The notes beneath the pieces were generated by a model, which was given only the letters and a program-made list of their open reading frames with translations, had not been told where the DNA came from and ran no database searches. Shown here piece by piece: positions 10,884 through 21,962 of a stretch of DNA of 64,000 nt; the first letter of the stretch is position 1; each line of letters begins with the position of its first letter. This stretch comes from Heterodontus francisci (taxonomy: Eukaryota). Both the position numbers and the translations under genes were made by a program. The DNA lies in contig NC_090411.1 in assembly GCF_036365525.1 (NCBI RefSeq), forward strand, positions 35,811,453 to 35,875,452, in the 5' to 3' direction.

Positions 10884-13800
10884 ATGTGTGTAAGATTTGC
10901 TTCCATTAATGTGCGTAGCATTAAATCTACTACGCGATGTGTTTCAACCTTGGATTACCTTGCCAAGGTCAAAGCTGACCTACTGTTTCTGCAGGAGTGT
11001 GGAATACCACACCTCAGCACCTACAGGCAGTGGTCGCGATGGTGGTCCCACGGGCCATCGATCTGGTCGGGGGGTAATGACTGCCGTTCCTCCGGCCTGG
11101 GTATTCTGCTGCGGGGAGGTAACTTCACCATCTCCGAAGTTAAGGAGGTGGTGGGCGGCCGCCTCCTCGTCGCAGACGTGATGTACAACAACGCTCCGCT
11201 CCGGTTGATCAACGTGTACGCCCCGGTACAACGCAGCGAGCGGCTGACCGTCTTCCAGCAGCTCCCACTGCTGCTGGCGACGTCCAGGCCGGTCATCCTA
11301 GGCGGTGACTTCAACTGCATCATCGATGCGGCTGGACGATCCGGCAGTGACGACAGCAAACTGGACGCTACGTCCAGATTCCTAATAGAAACAGTTAAGG
11401 ATGCCAAACTGCACGACATCTTCAGCAAACCTGCAGACGGAGCGCAGCGCAGATACACATGGTCAAGATCGGACGGGTCTGCCCGTTCCAGGATTGACTT
11501 CCTGTTTGTGTCCCGTGCTGTCACGGTCGGATCCACCGACGTCAAGCCGGTGTTCTTCTCCGACCACTGCCTCTTACTGGCCGACTGTCACTTACAGGAC
11601 GACCAGCGGGTTGGCAGAGGGACGTGGAAGCTCAATGCGATACTGCTGACCCCAGAGAACGTTGAGGATCTCAAAAGGGATTACAAAGGTTGGAGGACCG
11701 TGAAACCCCTCTTTGAGTCTCCAGTTCACTGGTGGGAAGCGATCAAGGAGAACATCAAGAGGTTCTTCAAAGGTGTTCAGAGGGCGAGAGAGAGACAGAG
11801 GGAAATGTCCCGACTCCAGAAAAGTATGCAAAATCTGCTCCGGTTGCAGTCAATGGGGGTCGGGGTCGAGGTCAAGGAGGACCTCCAAGAAGTGAAGAGC
11901 CAGCAGGCTTCGCTCTTTGCCAAGGAGGCCTCCAAGATCATCTTCCGGTCCAGAGTCCGCTCCATCGAGCAGGATGAGACGTGCTCGCGTTACTTCTTCC
12001 AAAAGGTACACACAGAGAGCTCTGTTATCAGCAGCCTGAAGAAAGAAGATGGCTCGGTAACGTCTTCGCAGTCCGACATACTAAGGATCAGCAAATCCTT
12101 TTATGCTGGGCTGTATGACGCGAAGCTCACAGACAGCAGAGCCTCCCAGTCCTTCCTGTCATCTATCACAGAGGTCTTAGACGACAGCAGGAGGGAGAGA
12201 CTGGACAAGCCGCTAACTCTGGACGAGCTGACAGAGGCCGTCGAGTCTTTCGAGACGAGTAAAACTCCCGGGAGCCACGGCTTACCGGTCGAGTTGTACT
12301 CGGCCCTGTGGGACTGGGTCGGCCCGGACCTGCTGGAAGTATACGAGAGTATGCTCCTGGCCGGTAGCATGTCAGAATCCATGAGAAAAGGCATCATCAC
12401 CCTCATTTACAATCTGAAGGGGGAGAGGGCAGAAATCAGAAATTGGCGGCCCATCTCACTGCTTAATGTTGACTACAAAATTCTGTCCAAAGTCATAGCC
12501 AGTCGAGTCAAGTCTGCTCTGGAGTTGGTGATTCACCCCGATCAGACCTGTACTGTACCCGGCAGGAAGAGCTCTGATAGTCTCACGCTACTCAGGGATA
12601 CGATCGCCTACGTACGGGACAGGAGGGTGGACACCTGCCTCATCAGCCTGGACCAGGAGAAGGCTTTTGACAGGATATCGCACACCGACATGATGGACGT
12701 GCTTTCCAAAATGGGGTTTGGGGAGGGAATCTGCAATTGGATCAAACTGCTCTACAGAAACATCAGTAGCGCAGTCTCAATCAATGGGTGGGAATCGGAA
12801 AGTTTCCCGATCAAATCTGGAGTCAGACAGGGCTGTCCTCTCTCCCCGGTCTTGTTTGTTTGCTGTATTGAACCCTTTGCTGAGTCTATTAGGAAGGATA
12901 CGAGCATAAGAGGGGTGACAATCCCAGGCAGCGGAGGCACTCAGGTTAAAACCTCCCTGTACATGGATGACGTCGCCGTTTTCTGCTCGGATCCGCTGTC
13001 CGTGCGCAGACTGATGAGCATCTGTGACCAGTTCGAACTAGCCAGAGTTAACCATGGCAAGAGCGAGGCCATGTTCTTTGGCAACTGGGCTGACCGATCC
13101 TTTGTCCCCTTCACCGTCAGGTCAGATTACCGGAAGGTGCTGGGGATATGGTTCGGAAGGGCCCGGGCGTGCACCAAAACCTGGGAGGAACGAGTAGCCA
13201 AGGTACGACAAAAGTTGGGCATGTGGGGGCAGCGATCTCTCTCCATTGTGGGTAAGAACCTGGTCATCAGGTGCGAGGCGCTCACGTTGTTGCTCTACGT
13301 GGCGCAGGTCTGGCCCATACCCCACTCCTGCGCCGTGGCAGTCACCCGAGCCATTTTCTGCTTCATCTGGGGATCTAAAATGGACTGGGTCCGGAGGGAC
13401 ACGATGTTCAAATCTCTGGACAAGGGCGGGAAAAATGTACCCAACGTGACCCTCATCCTGATGACCACCTTCGTGTGTGGCTGCATCAAGCTATGTGTAG
13501 ATCTCAAGTACGCAAACTCCAAGTGTCACTACGTGCTGAGGTTCTATCTGTCCCCGGTGTTGCGAAGGATGGGCCTGGTCACATTGCCGCGGAATGCTCC
13601 ATGCAGTTGGGCGGTGCCGTACCACCTATCCTTCGTGGAGCAGTTTCTGCGGGAAAACACCTTTGACCACCGGTCCATCAGGCAGTGCTCTGCACGGCAT
13701 GTCCTCAAGGCCCTACAGGAAAAGGGGATGGTGGATCCTGTCGGATGGTTCCCCGAGCAGACCGTCAAAGTCATTTGGCGGAATGCCTCATCACCAGAAC

Positions 13801-14282
13801 TTTCAAACAAGCACCAAGACGTAGCTTGGCTGGTGGTGAGAAGGGCCCTCCCCGTCAGATCCTTCCTGCACACCCGAAGTCTCACCCCCTCCGCACAATG
13901 CCCCCGCGGTGGCTGTGGTGGGCAAGAGACGGTCGCCCACCTCCTCCTGGAATGTGTCTTCGCAAAGCAGGTGTGGAAAGAGATGCAGTGGTTTTTGTCG
14001 AGGTTCATCCCAAGCAGCTCTGTAACACGGGAGTCTGTGCTCTACAGGCTGTTCCCAGGGACGCACACCGAGACAAACATCAACTGCTGCTGGAGGACTA
14101 TTAATTCGGTGAAAGACGTCCTTTGGTCTGCCCGAAACTTGCTGGTCTTCCAGCGCAAAGAGTTGTCCACTACCGAATGTTGCAGACTGGCACATTCCAA
14201 GGTCCAGGACTACGTGCTGAGGGACGCACTAAAGCTTGGGGCAGTCGCAGCAAAGGCTCAATGGGGAAAGACCACAGTGTAA
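10884..14282 (+). CDS. Tx1 ORF2: AP endonuclease, reverse transcriptase and C-terminal CCHC (zf-RVT), 1132 aa
   Basis: SINVRS, LQE, GGDFN, RIDF, FSDH (APE); WRPISLLNVDYK, LDQEKAFD, GVRQGCPLSP, YMDD (RT); CPRGGCGGQETVAHLLLEC. Confidence 0.96.
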   Translation: MCVRFASINVRSIKSTTRCVSTLDYLAKVKADLLFLQECGIPHLSTYRQWSRWWSHGPSIWSGGNDCRSSGLGILLRGGNFTISEVKEVVGGRLLVADVMYNNAPLRLINVYAPVQRSERLTVFQQLPLLLATSRPVILGGDFNCIIDAAGRSGSDDSKLDATSRFLIETVKDAKLHDIFSKPADGAQRRYTWSRSDGSARSRIDFLFVSRAVTVGSTDVKPVFFSDHCLLLADCHLQDDQRVGRGTWKLNAILLTPENVEDLKRDYKGWRTVKPLFESPVHWWEAIKENIKRFFKGVQRARERQREMSRLQKSMQNLLRLQSMGVGVEVKEDLQEVKSQQASLFAKEASKIIFRSRVRSIEQDETCSRYFFQKVHTESSVISSLKKEDGSVTSSQSDILRISKSFYAGLYDAKLTDSRASQSFLSSITEVLDDSRRERLDKPLTLDELTEAVESFETSKTPGSHGLPVELYSALWDWVGPDLLEVYESMLLAGSMSESMRKGIITLIYNLKGERAEIRNWRPISLLNVDYKILSKVIASRVKSALELVIHPDQTCTVPGRKSSDSLTLLRDTIAYVRDRRVDTCLISLDQEKAFDRISHTDMMDVLSKMGFGEGICNWIKLLYRNISSAVSINGWESESFPIKSGVRQGCPLSPVLFVCCIEPFAESIRKDTSIRGVTIPGSGGTQVKTSLYMDDVAVFCSDPLSVRRLMSICDQFELARVNHGKSEAMFFGNWADRSFVPFTVRSDYRKVLGIWFGRARACTKTWEERVAKVRQKLGMWGQRSLSIVGKNLVIRCEALTLLLYVAQVWPIPHSCAVAVTRAIFCFIWGSKMDWVRRDTMFKSLDKGGKNVPNVTLILMTTFVCGCIKLCVDLKYANSKCHYVLRFYLSPVLRRMGLVTLPRNAPCSWAVPYHLSFVEQFLRENTFDHRSIRQCSARHVLKALQEKGMVDPVGWFPEQTVKVIWRNASSPELSNKHQDVAWLVVRRALPVRSFLHTRSLTPSAQCPRGGCGGQETVAHLLLECVFAKQVWKEMQWFLSRFIPSSSVTRESVLYRLFPGTHTETNINCCWRTINSVKDVLWSARNLLVFQRKELSTTECCRLAHSKVQDYVLRDALKLGAVAAKAQWGKTTV

Positions 14283-15059
14283 GGTCCCCCCACCAAGCTG
14301 AACTGAGGGGCTGGACCCATGGAAAACCCCTCGGGCTGTATGCACCAAAATATAGTTTTGCTGTGTAATACAAATGTACATTGCGTGTAAAATGGAATGG
14401 CAAGAGTTGTGAGGAAACTCACGTTCTGTATTGAAGGAAACTGATTTCTTTGCACTTTCCGGAATATCAAATTGGAACTGTTTTGTAATGTTCTTTTTAC
14501 AGAATTTTATGAATAAAGTATATTTTGGGGGAAATAAGTTAGACCAGACTTTAGACCTATTCAAATGTCTTTAGGATTTGGCTACATTAATCTTAAATTG
14601 AGAGTGAACATGTGAGCAGTACACATAATCCAGGATAGTGCCAAAGGGGTTAGGATTATAATCCAGCACATAGCAACTGTGGAGAGAGAGAAACAAAGTT
14701 AACATTTCAGGGCTATGAACTGGAAGAAGTTAGAGATTTAACAGCTTTTAAACAAGCAAAGAGGTAGGGAGAAGGAGAACAAAGCAGAAGGGCTGAGGGC
14801 TGAATGCAATAACAAAAGGGATGAAGGGTTGAGTAAAGAACAGGAGATGGGTCCAGAGGAGGTGCAAATTGTTATAGCAAAGAGGGAAGGCAGCACGAGT
14901 TATCTGAGAGAGAGAGAACTCTCTCATAACCTTCAAAGTGAACTCACTACAAATCACTTTTTCAAGCTATAATTGTCTTCATTACTTTACAAAGTGCAAT
15001 ACTGAAAGATCTACAGTTCTGGAGAAATTGTTACGAAAATGTTACTGCACTGAACCAGA

Positions 15060-15200
15060 TGTTTCAGCAAATACAAAACACTGTGGATATTTCAGTAATA
15101 AACAGAAATGCTGGAAACACTCAGCTGGTCTGGCAGCATCTGTGGAGAGAGAAGCAGAGTTAATGTTTCAGGTCATTGACCCTTCTTCAGAACTGCGGAT
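15060..15200 (-). mobile_element. Penelope-type terminal repeat fragment with hammerhead-like motif
   Basis: GCTGGAAACACTCAGC…GGCAGCATCTGTGGAGAGAGAAGCAGAGTTAATGTTTCAGGTCA..GACCCTTCTTCAG recurs at ~5835, 14680, 34835, 38490/39595 and 47130. Confidence 0.65.
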
Positions 15201-15499
15201 ATTTCAGTGTTTGCTGTAACTTGGAAAGAACAGTTTTCTAATTGCCGGATTAATTTCAAATGTTTTGAATGGGATAAAACTGAGAAAAAAATGTTTTGCT
15301 TATGTTGTGTTTGTGCCCATATCACCTGAGCTCTCACAAATAGTGGAAGTTCTGCTAAAAACAGTCTTCATAGAAACTGTCACTCAGTCTACAACACGCC
15401 CTTAAACCCAAGGACCGAAACAAGCTGGGTTGCAAACTTTTACTGCGTTAAATAAGAAAATAAATCCGACATATAGGCGTGGTTAAGAGCTGCCCATCC

Positions 15500-15611
15500 C
15501 CCTGCTGACTGTAACTGTGGGACGGATTAAGCGGTGAGTTTGGAGGAAGGAAGAGGATTTCCCAGATCCTGCAGTTCAGACCCGCTCCCAACTCCAAGTG
15601 CTAGCCTGCAG
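15500..15611 (+). other. Putative non-coding first exon of the TRIM56-like gene
   Basis: TATA-like CATATAG (~15470), strong CAG|GTGAGT donor at 15611/15612; matching acceptor ttctgttccag at 16211, 15 nt before the ATG; start approximate. Confidence 0.55.
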
Positions 15612-16027
15612 GTGAGTGAGAATGAACACTCTGCTCTGTCTCAGTCTGCTGTTGCTGCTGGATGGTGTAAATGAGGTTTACATTGCACCAGGGATCAGAC
15701 AATAGGGGGAAAAAACACATGGACTAAAAGGGCTGCCCCTGCCGATTGATGCTGTGCATGTCGATCCTGTGACTCTTCTCCCAACTTGCTTTCAGCCTCT
15801 GGTTTGTTCCGGGGCTTCAGTTTAACATGAGGCCGTACATTAAATGTCGACCTTCCGGTTCTTTGTTGTGTAGATGGCGGCGGGAGATTAATTGTTTTGA
15901 CACTGACAGTAACTGCCCTTCCCTAATCCAATACTTTAACTCAATATCTCAATGATTTTAATGTGTTTGCAATTGCATTAAAGGCATTGTTTTTCAGTTG
16001 TATTTAATCTCTCCCCGCTAGTTACCT

Positions 16028-16081
16028 GGTTTCGTTTTCGATTCAGCAATTACAGCCAACTCTGTCTTAAGTTTCGTTTCT
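16028..16081 (+). promoter_or_regulatory. Two ISRE/IRF-E-like elements (GGTTTCGTTTTCG 16028-16040; AGTTTCGTTTCT 16070-16081)
   Basis: Match to (A/G)GTTTCN1-2TTTC, ~150-200 nt upstream of the TRIM ATG. Confidence 0.65.
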
Positions 16082-16226
16082 ATCACATGGCAAGTTCCCA
16101 ACTCAGTCTTGCACTCATTTAGAATCACAACCAGCAGCTTCTACACAATTGTCTGAATGTCTAAGCTACCTCTGAACTTTTATAACATGGATTGATCCTG
16201 TTCTGTTCCAGGTTGTGTCGATAAGT

Positions 16227-18206
16227 ATGGCCACCTCATCAACGATTGCAGATAAAATCCAAAATGATTTTTTAAATTGCAAAATATGTCTCAACACATT
16301 TAAACATCCTAAAATGTTGCCGTGTCTGCACACATACTGCCAGGGCTGCCTAGAGAATGTCATCAGCTTTGACAGGAAAATCCGTTGCCCGGAGTGCAGA
16401 GAAGTTGTTGACCTGAGAGATGGGGTCAGCAAACTGAAGACCAACTTCCATATCAATAGTCTTCTGGATATTTTCCAAAGCCCAGAGAAGAAAGAGGTGA
16501 TGTGCAGCCTTTGCCCCCCAGAATGGAAAAGCAAGAATTGTGCAGTGGTCAGATGTCTAGGTTGCACTAATTACATGTGCCAGTCTTGTGGGGACGGTCA
16601 TCGATCTGCCCACCCAACCCACAAGATTGTGGATGTGTCCAGTTCCAGCCCTGGTGAATCTGACGCTGAGATGATGATGAAACAGAAGATCTGCTGCCAG
16701 ATTCATCCCAAGGACCCGGTCAGTACTTACTGCAAAACCTGTGGTCGTGTAATCTGCTTCAAATGTTCCTCACGTTCCTGCACTAAGCATAAATTACTTG
16801 CAATGCATGCAGCAGCTGAGTCCATGAAACCTGCGGCGAAGAAGCTGATTGAAAGACTCCGGACTGATATTCAGTCATTGGCCCAACAAGAAGATGACCT
16901 GAATGAAGCAATGGTCAGGGTGAAAGTGACAGAACACTCTGTAATGTCCAGTATAGAGAACACTCTGACAGAGGTTTTAAACTATTTGTTTAAACAGGGG
17001 GATGCCATTAAAAAAACTGTCTCCGATTATGTCAAGGAACAGGAAGAGTTGTACAAGTCTGCTCAGTCTAATCTGCAGCTTCAGAAGAAAAAGGCACAAG
17101 ACACCAGAGAATTCTGTGAGAGGGTCATAACGGCTGGTAAAGCGAAGGAGATAGTGTGTATACAGAGCATTATAGAAGATCAAATTAATGCATTGCAAGC
17201 ATTGAGTAGCCTAGATGTAAACAAAGCCAGTCCCAAACTAATTGTCAACAAATCAATAAAGGACATAATTTCACAAACTAATCTTTTCAGTATCACATTT
17301 GGTGAAGAACCAGTTCCTGAATCCCAGCCAACTCCTACTAATACTGGGAAGCTCAAATATCCATCAGAAACTCTTCAGGCAAATGCGCCAATTGCTCAAC
17401 CCAAACAAAGGGCAAATTATTTGTATTCCTTTGATACAGAGATCCCAAGTGATGAGTTTGAAGCAAAACTAACTGGAGTCAGCATTTCAAGAAATGGAGA
17501 TATCATCGTTGTGGATGAAGAAAATTCAGTCCTAAAATGCTACCAAGACGGTGGAATATTGGATAAGATGATCACACTGCCAGATGAAGATGAAGATCCT
17601 TGCAGTGTTGCTGTGTGTGATGATATCATTGCCTGCTCTGCCAAGAACAGGCTTTATCTACTGGAGATGGACGGTGCATTAGTGAAAAAGCTTTTCCTCC
17701 GAGGTTCAGAGTCAGTTTATCCCATTGCTGCTTTTAAAGATGAGTATGTGGCCGTGAGTGAAGGAACTTTATGTTCTATCTCACTCTATAACACTGATGG
17801 GCATGTGGTTGACAGGGTTAAGCCACTCGGTTATGAGGGTATTAGATTTCTCTTCATTGCAATTAACAGTGATGAAGAATTCATTGTATCTGATTGTGGG
17901 AAGAAATGTATTATTATCTTCAATAGGAGTGGGGAAATTATCACCGTCTGCAATGAGAGCTATGTGAATGGGGTGCAGTCTGCCCTTAACCCTTTCAGTG
18001 TCTCTGTTGATAGAAACGACAATATTTATGTTACTGAGCCCAGTAGGATCCTCTTATTCTCACCAATTGGAATGTTTGAGGAGCAATTGTTGAGCACAGC
18101 AGATGGCCTTCACAGGCCACGTGTCATTACAATAGATCAAAATGACAACCTAATTGTAACCCAAGGCAACGGGTGTGTTTGTGTGTACTATTTGACTCTA
18201 GATTAA
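16227..18206 (+). CDS. TRIM56-like E3 ubiquitin ligase (RING, B-box1, B-box2, coiled coil, NHL-like propeller), 659 aa, single coding exon
   Basis: DFLNCKICL..PKMLPCLHTYCQGCL..CPECRE..KTNFHINSLLD closely resembles the TRIM56 N-terminus as recalled; NHL-like repeats (e.g. NPFSVSVDRNDNIYVTE, HRPRVITIDQNDNLIVT); good Kozak context agtATGG. Confidence 0.9.
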   Translation: MATSSTIADKIQNDFLNCKICLNTFKHPKMLPCLHTYCQGCLENVISFDRKIRCPECREVVDLRDGVSKLKTNFHINSLLDIFQSPEKKEVMCSLCPPEWKSKNCAVVRCLGCTNYMCQSCGDGHRSAHPTHKIVDVSSSSPGESDAEMMMKQKICCQIHPKDPVSTYCKTCGRVICFKCSSRSCTKHKLLAMHAAAESMKPAAKKLIERLRTDIQSLAQQEDDLNEAMVRVKVTEHSVMSSIENTLTEVLNYLFKQGDAIKKTVSDYVKEQEELYKSAQSNLQLQKKKAQDTREFCERVITAGKAKEIVCIQSIIEDQINALQALSSLDVNKASPKLIVNKSIKDIISQTNLFSITFGEEPVPESQPTPTNTGKLKYPSETLQANAPIAQPKQRANYLYSFDTEIPSDEFEAKLTGVSISRNGDIIVVDEENSVLKCYQDGGILDKMITLPDEDEDPCSVAVCDDIIACSAKNRLYLLEMDGALVKKLFLRGSESVYPIAAFKDEYVAVSEGTLCSISLYNTDGHVVDRVKPLGYEGIRFLFIAINSDEEFIVSDCGKKCIIIFNRSGEIITVCNESYVNGVQSALNPFSVSVDRNDNIYVTEPSRILLFSPIGMFEEQLLSTADGLHRPRVITIDQNDNLIVTQGNGCVCVYYLTLD

Positions 18207-18356
18207 CATCATAGGTAGAATTCAGGATAAAGATACACCATATTATCTGCATAATGAAGATCTACATGAGCCAGGCTGGGTGACAGAGTGTGTTAGACAC
18301 CTGCCTCTCAAATTTAGGACATGGATTTGAATCCAGCCCTGAGCAATGGAATGAAA

Positions 18357-18696
18357 GGCGCAGTGGTTAGCACCGCAGCCTCACAGCTCCAGCGACCCGG
18401 GTTCAATTCTGGGTACTGCCTGTGTGGAGTTTGCAAGTTCTCCCTGTGTCTGCGTGGGTTTCCTCCGGGTGCTCCGGTTTCCTCCCACAAGCCAAAGACT
18501 TGCAGATTGATAGGTAAATTGGCCATTAGCAATTGCCCCTAGTATAGATAGGTGGTAGGGAAATATAGGGACAGGTGGGGATGTGGTAGGGATATGGAAT
18601 TAGTGTAGGATTAGTATAAATGGGTGGTTGATGGTCGGCACAGACTCAGTGGGCCGAAGGGCCTGTTTCAGTGCTGTATCTCTTTAAAAAAAATAA
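18357..18696 (+). mobile_element. tRNA-derived V-SINE (HE1-like), full length, in the TRIM 3' UTR region
   Basis: A-box (GGCGCAGTGGTTAG), B-box (GGGTTCAATTC), V-domain GCGTGGGTTTCCTCCGGGTGCTCCGGTTTCCTCCCAC, LINE-like tail GGGCCGAAGGGCCTGTTTCAGTGCTGTATCTCT plus A-rich end. Confidence 0.88.
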
Positions 18697-20183
18697 ACAC
18701 ATCATGTGAAATAAGTTTGAGAAATCTCAAACTGGTTCATAATGGATGTAGTTCACCATCACAAACCTGTCCTTAATTTGATATTCATTAGCACAGGCAT
18801 GGGTAAGGGAATATTGACACACTGCTACACAGAAGATGTCCTTCTGTGTTCAGGCCTGTGGCAGATTAGAGCAAGCTTCACTTTTAAATGTGTTGTATCT
18901 GATACGAGTATGCTGACATCAGGTACCCAGAATTGTTCCATTTTCCAACACTTCTTTGAAACATTCCAACATTTGAATATATTTTTGTACCTTCCCTTGC
19001 AATGAATTTAAAACCAGCTAAAAATAGTATCTTGTAGCTCTTCATTCCTGCTGTTGATGGGTGGAATTGTTTACTCTTCATGTTGGCTGAGAGCTGAGGC
19101 TCAGCCATATATATCTTTATATTGGCCAATGGGATTGCAGGAAAGGGTCACTAACATATGGAAAGTCTTATGATCGCTGTTGTCCAATTGGATTCCTGGG
19201 GATCAACACTATCAATTGAAATGATCACAAGATTAAGATTGGTGAATAAATGCAAATGGGACACAAGTTTTTTTTCGTATAGATTATTTAGATCTTAGGA
19301 AAGCCATTTAATTATTACTTCAAATATTTCACTTTTAACTTGTTCAAAAAATGTGCTCTTGGAATTTTCACAGGGGAAGTTTTCCTGATTTCCTGCCATA
19401 ACCTCAGTGGAATCCACAGAGAAACAGATAAATTTAGGGGGCGGAGATCAGGAGAAGTCCATGAAAATTCCACTGTGCTGTTGAAATCTCTATTCTTTAT
19501 CTTCTGAGTCCAGTCAAAGCACATGTCCAGTTTTGCTGTTCGCTAACCAACACTTGGTGAGGGAGGGCCATCAGTGGTGATTCATCTTGGTTTAGATCTC
19601 CTGAGATTGGTGTTGTCTATTAGCATAGTCAGGTGGCTGATTATATAACAGCGTGAAAGTCTTTGAATGCAACATCAGACCAAAAATATTATTGTACTGA
19701 ATAATTATCACATTCCATTGTACCCTATCTATTGATTGTATTTCTGTACTTTTTTTCTGTCTTGATTAGAAACTATAATAAACATATTGGAGTTCCCCAA
19801 TGATTCAGTGAGTTTATCCAGTAGCTGGGGCAGAACAGCCCCCAGCTCAATGCCTGGTCTTTGTTGGATGCTCTGATCTCCCCTGGGACCATCATAGTTG
19901 GCTGAAGCATCTCTGCCTAAGATTGGTCAATCTTCACTTTTGTTTGCTGTTCAGCCACCACAAATGTTCTGTCCCTAGACCTCCAGTGAAGGGAAGGAAA
20001 AAAGCCAAAGCTGCATTGACAGAGCTTGTCAAGTATAGAAGATTAAGGGGTGATCTAGATGATTAAAGGATTTGATACAGTAGACCGGGAAACTATTTCC
20101 TCTATTGGGGCAGTCCAGAACAAGAGAGCTTGAAATTAGAGCTGGGCCATTCAGGGGTGATGTCAGGAAGTACATCTTCACAC

Positions 20184-21153
20184 TGTCACACCAATGTGCT
20201 TTGTTGAATGATAATTTTCAACAATCCACTGACTGGAGACCTGAATTTATATTTTTTAAAGACATTTAAAAAGGAACAGATAAAAGATGACTTTGCTGGC
20301 CACCTAATTTGCAACACTGTATCCTACATTGCAAAGGCCTGTGAGGAGGGAGACAAAATGTCTGCTAATCCCAGCAAGAACCAAGACCCAGGAGGTTTAA
20401 GGGAACTGCTTGTTCTTTTTCTTTCAGCAAGAAGAAATACTGGTAACTACTATGCTTGAATCACTGAGTGACTGTCATGTGACAAGCCCCTCCCCATCTG
20501 TGGTTTTAAACTTGTGTTTCTCTGCAGCAGCAGGGAGAAGCATCTGGACTCTGACACATGCAGACCCAAGTGGGGGTCCCTCTCTCTCTCTCTCTATTCC
20601 AGCTTGCAAGCTTCAAATCCTGCCTGTTGACTGACCACCTTTGCATACTCCGGCTACAATCAGAAACCCCATTGGAGGATATCATCCCCATTGCTGTCTC
20701 CAAGAGACCCACCAAACCAGTCATCTATCTCTTCAAAATAAGCCTCAGGACCACCAAAGTCAGCTAGAAGCCAGCCGAATCGCCAAATTCCACAGACTGT
20801 ATACTCCTTTTTTCTATGGACTCTAACTCAACCAATCTACCTTTCCCTACTCTGTAACCTATTTGTGTGTGTGTAAACCTCTAGTGTGTTTGTGTATGTG
20901 TGTGAGTGAAAGTTGGAGCATAGTTTATTATTTTCATTAGTTCGTTTTAGGTACAATAAAGTTAAACTCTTTCTTTGTTAAACTCAAGAAAACCTGTCCA
21001 ATTGGTTCTAGTTCTGATCATAACAAGTAAGTAATCAAACACCTACTGAATTGGCCAGTACATCCACTTTAAGAAAGAATTAAACCTGTTGTGGTGAAAC
21101 AAGGAAAGGGAAAAGAGGAAAGCCCTTCGACCCCACTTCACCTGACTGTAACA
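20184..21153 (+). mobile_element. Solo LTR inserted in a CR1 fragment (CR1 spans ~20030-21370)
   Basis: TGTCAC…TGTAACA ends; ACAC duplicated on both sides; internal AATAAA; flanking CR1 reads through when the LTR is removed. Confidence 0.82.
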
Positions 21154-21936
21154 ACACGAAGCATAGTAGAAATCTGGAACACTCGCCCTAAAAAAAGTTA
21201 TTGAGGCTGAGGATCAACTGAAAATTTAAAAACTGAGATCGCTCGATTTTGGATACGGAATGGTATTAAGAGTTATGGAACTAAGGTAGATGGAGTTAAG
21301 ATACAGATCACCCATGATCTAATTGAATGGTAGAACAGGCTCAACGGGCTGAATGGTCTCCTGTTCCTATGAATTATTTCAGTTTTGGGGCTCTGTTTTA
21401 TGTGTATTTAAAGTTAAAGTGAGGTTAGCATTGTATCCTAATCATTTATTTTTGTGCTGACAGTAAATAATAAAAACTGAGATCAGTGGTAGGGGACATA
21501 AAGATCACTGTTAACCACTCACTGCCTAGAGTTCTGCTCTTATATAGGTGTTTATTCCCAGTGATCAGTGCAAGTGGAATTCCGAAACAGTTCAGCTTCC
21601 CGGTTTGAACCATATTCTGACTGATGGTCTTGGGAACATCTAAATGTCAACTGATTGTCCCTGATATTTGATGCTGAACACCACTACCCCCAACACCACT
21701 TTTCACTCAGTATTCCCAGCAACAAAATAAACCCAAACAAAAGTTTAAAAAGAGACTTTTATTGCTGTTAATTAATTAAATCACCAACTGGAATGAAGAC
21801 ATGAACAATCAGGTAAGACTCGTAGAAACAGGAATCGTATCACTGGCTTAGGTACATTTCAAGGATGTTGCCGAGCTCCGGGTGGTGGGTTGTCAGCCTG
21901 GAGACAATGTTCATCCGGCCTGCTCTGGAATTCTTG

Positions 21937-21962
21937 TTATGTAGTTATCAGATTCTGGAATT
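21937..21962 (-). CDS. Parvalbumin-like last coding exon (EFQNLITT*)
   Basis: ttgcag acceptor; 26 nt completes a 330-nt CDS; AATAAA on minus strand at 21758-21763. Confidence 0.88.

Larger units (their letters stand above)
9200..14537 (+). mobile_element. Near full-length Tx1-clade (L1 group) non-LTR retrotransposon
   Basis: ORF1 remnant with CCHC knuckles, ORF2 APE-RT-zf, 3' UTR ending AATAAA (14512-14517) plus short A-rich tail; 5' boundary approximate; no clear TSD. Confidence 0.92.

Noticed and set aside
16215-16226. ORF-track start of the TRIM protein at GTG 16215
   Set aside because: Eukaryotic gene; the first ATG in good context is at 16227.
18357-18430. tRNA gene
   Set aside because: tRNA-like head of a multicopy SINE; no complete cloverleaf.
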